Below are positions 37,971 through 39,459 of a stretch of 39,459 bases of DNA, in pieces; the stretch's first letter is position 1, and the number at the start of each line of letters is the position of its first letter. The notes beneath the pieces are model-generated. The model was not told the origin of the DNA, did no database searches, and saw only the letters and a program-made list of their open reading frames with translations. Position numbers and translations under genes: made by a program. The stretch comes from Candidatus Thiodiazotropha sp. (lineage in GTDB: Bacteria; Pseudomonadota; Gammaproteobacteria; Chromatiales; Chromatiaceae), in assembly GCA_037382065.1 (NCBI GenBank), contig JARRQF010000107.1:1-39459 (forward strand), written 5' to 3'.

Positions 37971-39212
37971 ATGAATCAGCAGTCTTTTAACTTGGAGTCA
38001 AAACACCTTTCGCGGTTACCTTGCGTAGTATGGATTCTTTTAGTTCTAATTTCTTTAGGTTGGAATATTCATCACACTCGTCAAGAGCACATTAATTTCT
38101 TACAGGATAACGCCCGTCTTATTTTTAAGCATATTTTGCTAGTAAGGCGTTGGAATGCTGATCATGGTGGTGTCTATCTCCCCTTAACAGAATCGACTCC
38201 TCCGAACGAATATCTCAAGATACCAAATCGCGTGATCACAACCCAAGATGGAGTGAAACTAACGCTGATCAATCCTGCTTATATGACGCGACAGATTGCT
38301 GAACTTGCCGAATTAAGCGACGGCATCAAGTTACATATCACCAGTCTCGATCCGATACGCCCAGAAAATAAGCCCACTAAACTGGAACAGGAGGCGCTAC
38401 TCTCTTTTGAAACTGAAGATAGCAATGAGTTTGTTCGTCTTACTGAAGTTAACAATGTACAGAGTTTTTTCTATATGGCGCCACTAGTGACTACAACTGC
38501 CTGTCTTAAATGCCATGAGCAGCAGAAATATAAGGAGGGAGATATTCGGGGAGGTATTAGCGTTACTCTACCAGATGTACATCCTGCTCCCATCCGTTAC
38601 ATTATCCTCACCCATGGTGTGATTGGCGCTATCGGAATGATATTGATACTGGCACTCTCCCGAAAGCTATCAGCCAGTTATGACGAAGTTCGGCAGTTAT
38701 CTCTTTTTGACGCCCTTACAGGCATCCCCAACAGGCGCCACTTCAACCAAAGGCTGGCTTCAGAGTACAAGCGCTCCAGCCGCAGCAAATCACCACTGAC
38801 ACTACTGATATGTGATATTGACCACTTTAAATATTACAATGACCAACTCGGACATCTGGAGGGTGATAATGCCCTTGCAAAAGTAGCCTCCGCGATACAT
38901 GACTCACTACAACGTGGTGGCGATTTGTGCGCACGATATGGTGGCGAGGAGTTTACTGTGATACTTCCAGATACTGACCAGTCGGGAGGGTTTAAAGTCG
39001 CTAAACGTATCCAGCAGAAAGTTGCATCCTTGAAGTTGCTCAATCCAGCCCTGTCTGCCAGTGAATCTGTTGAATCTCTCACTGTCAGCATTGGGATAGC
39101 GACGGAATCCAATGACTACCCTTCTGAGGAGCAATTAATTAAAAGTGCCGATAATGCGTTATACCGAAGCAAAAACAATGGCCGAAATCGTATCGAGCAA
39201 GATTTCAGTTAA
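37971..39212 (+). CDS. Diguanylate cyclase with periplasmic c-heme (DUF3365-type) sensor
   Basis: RRWNADHGGVY, NPAYMTRQ, CLKCH; DIDHFK, GGEEF. Confidence 0.9.
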   Translation: MNQQSFNLESKHLSRLPCVVWILLVLISLGWNIHHTRQEHINFLQDNARLIFKHILLVRRWNADHGGVYLPLTESTPPNEYLKIPNRVITTQDGVKLTLINPAYMTRQIAELAELSDGIKLHITSLDPIRPENKPTKLEQEALLSFETEDSNEFVRLTEVNNVQSFFYMAPLVTTTACLKCHEQQKYKEGDIRGGISVTLPDVHPAPIRYIILTHGVIGAIGMILILALSRKLSASYDEVRQLSLFDALTGIPNRRHFNQRLASEYKRSSRSKSPLTLLICDIDHFKYYNDQLGHLEGDNALAKVASAIHDSLQRGGDLCARYGGEEFTVILPDTDQSGGFKVAKRIQQKVASLKLLNPALSASESVESLTVSIGIATESNDYPSEEQLIKSADNALYRSKNNGRNRIEQDFS

Positions 39213-39303
39213 AGTTTTACGTTTTTTATAGGAGTAGACTGGCAGGGAGGGGTATTTTTTAGGGTTTTCCCAGATTCATGCAAATCACAACCGCACCCTT
39301 CAT

Positions 39304-39459
39304 GCTTCTATCATCGTCAATTTGTATGAAGCACCACACTAGGGCAATTGCACTACAAAGGAGTCGTTTTCGTGCATAATAGAAACAAATCGCCACAAAA
39401 ATATTGCAAAGCATTTCGTTTTGGTTGAGAAGCTCAGCGGTTATTGGTCCCCCTCACCC
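39304..39459. mobile_element. Solo MITE-B TIR fused at CTAG to an element D end
   Basis: B TIR to 39338, CTAG 39339-39342, then GGCAATTGCACTAC and D arm to the window edge. Confidence 0.85.

Overview
Bacterial chromosomal window, probably gammaproteobacterial (inference from creBCD, sigma54 systems, PEP-CTERM and GlyGly-CTERM proteins). It holds about 27 real or decayed genes separated by a dense swarm of non-autonomous repeats. Left: an interrupted ERCC4 nuclease, two secreted CBM13-bearing hemicellulose enzymes, a sigma54-driven PEP-CTERM protein, a RimK-like ATP-grasp gene with a MITE-split GNAT/peptidase partner, a GH3, creBCD and a 9-heme lipoprotein cytochrome. Centre (20.9-27.6 kb) is the best candidate for an undescribed system: a mostly AT-rich module encoding a small Sec-exported precursor with an LSxxExxxxRG motif and a cationic core, a FapF-like outer-membrane barrel, a FapD-like stand-alone C39 peptidase and a GlyGly-CTERM Glu-type subtilase. 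It also has a membrane AraC and a solo LuxR HTH, with two pairs of shared upstream motifs, and is bracketed by about 260-bp inverted arms. Right: rhodanese plus MCP, a sigma54 two-component operon with gnd, a HAD hydrolase and a heme-binding GGDEF protein. Repeats: MITE-A (CCT..AGG ends, TTNAA duplication, CsrA-like ANGGA hairpins), MITE-B (CTAG duplication) and composite REP-doublet elements. No rRNA, tRNA, CRISPR or intact transposase was seen. Family calls are from motif recognition only; no searches were run.
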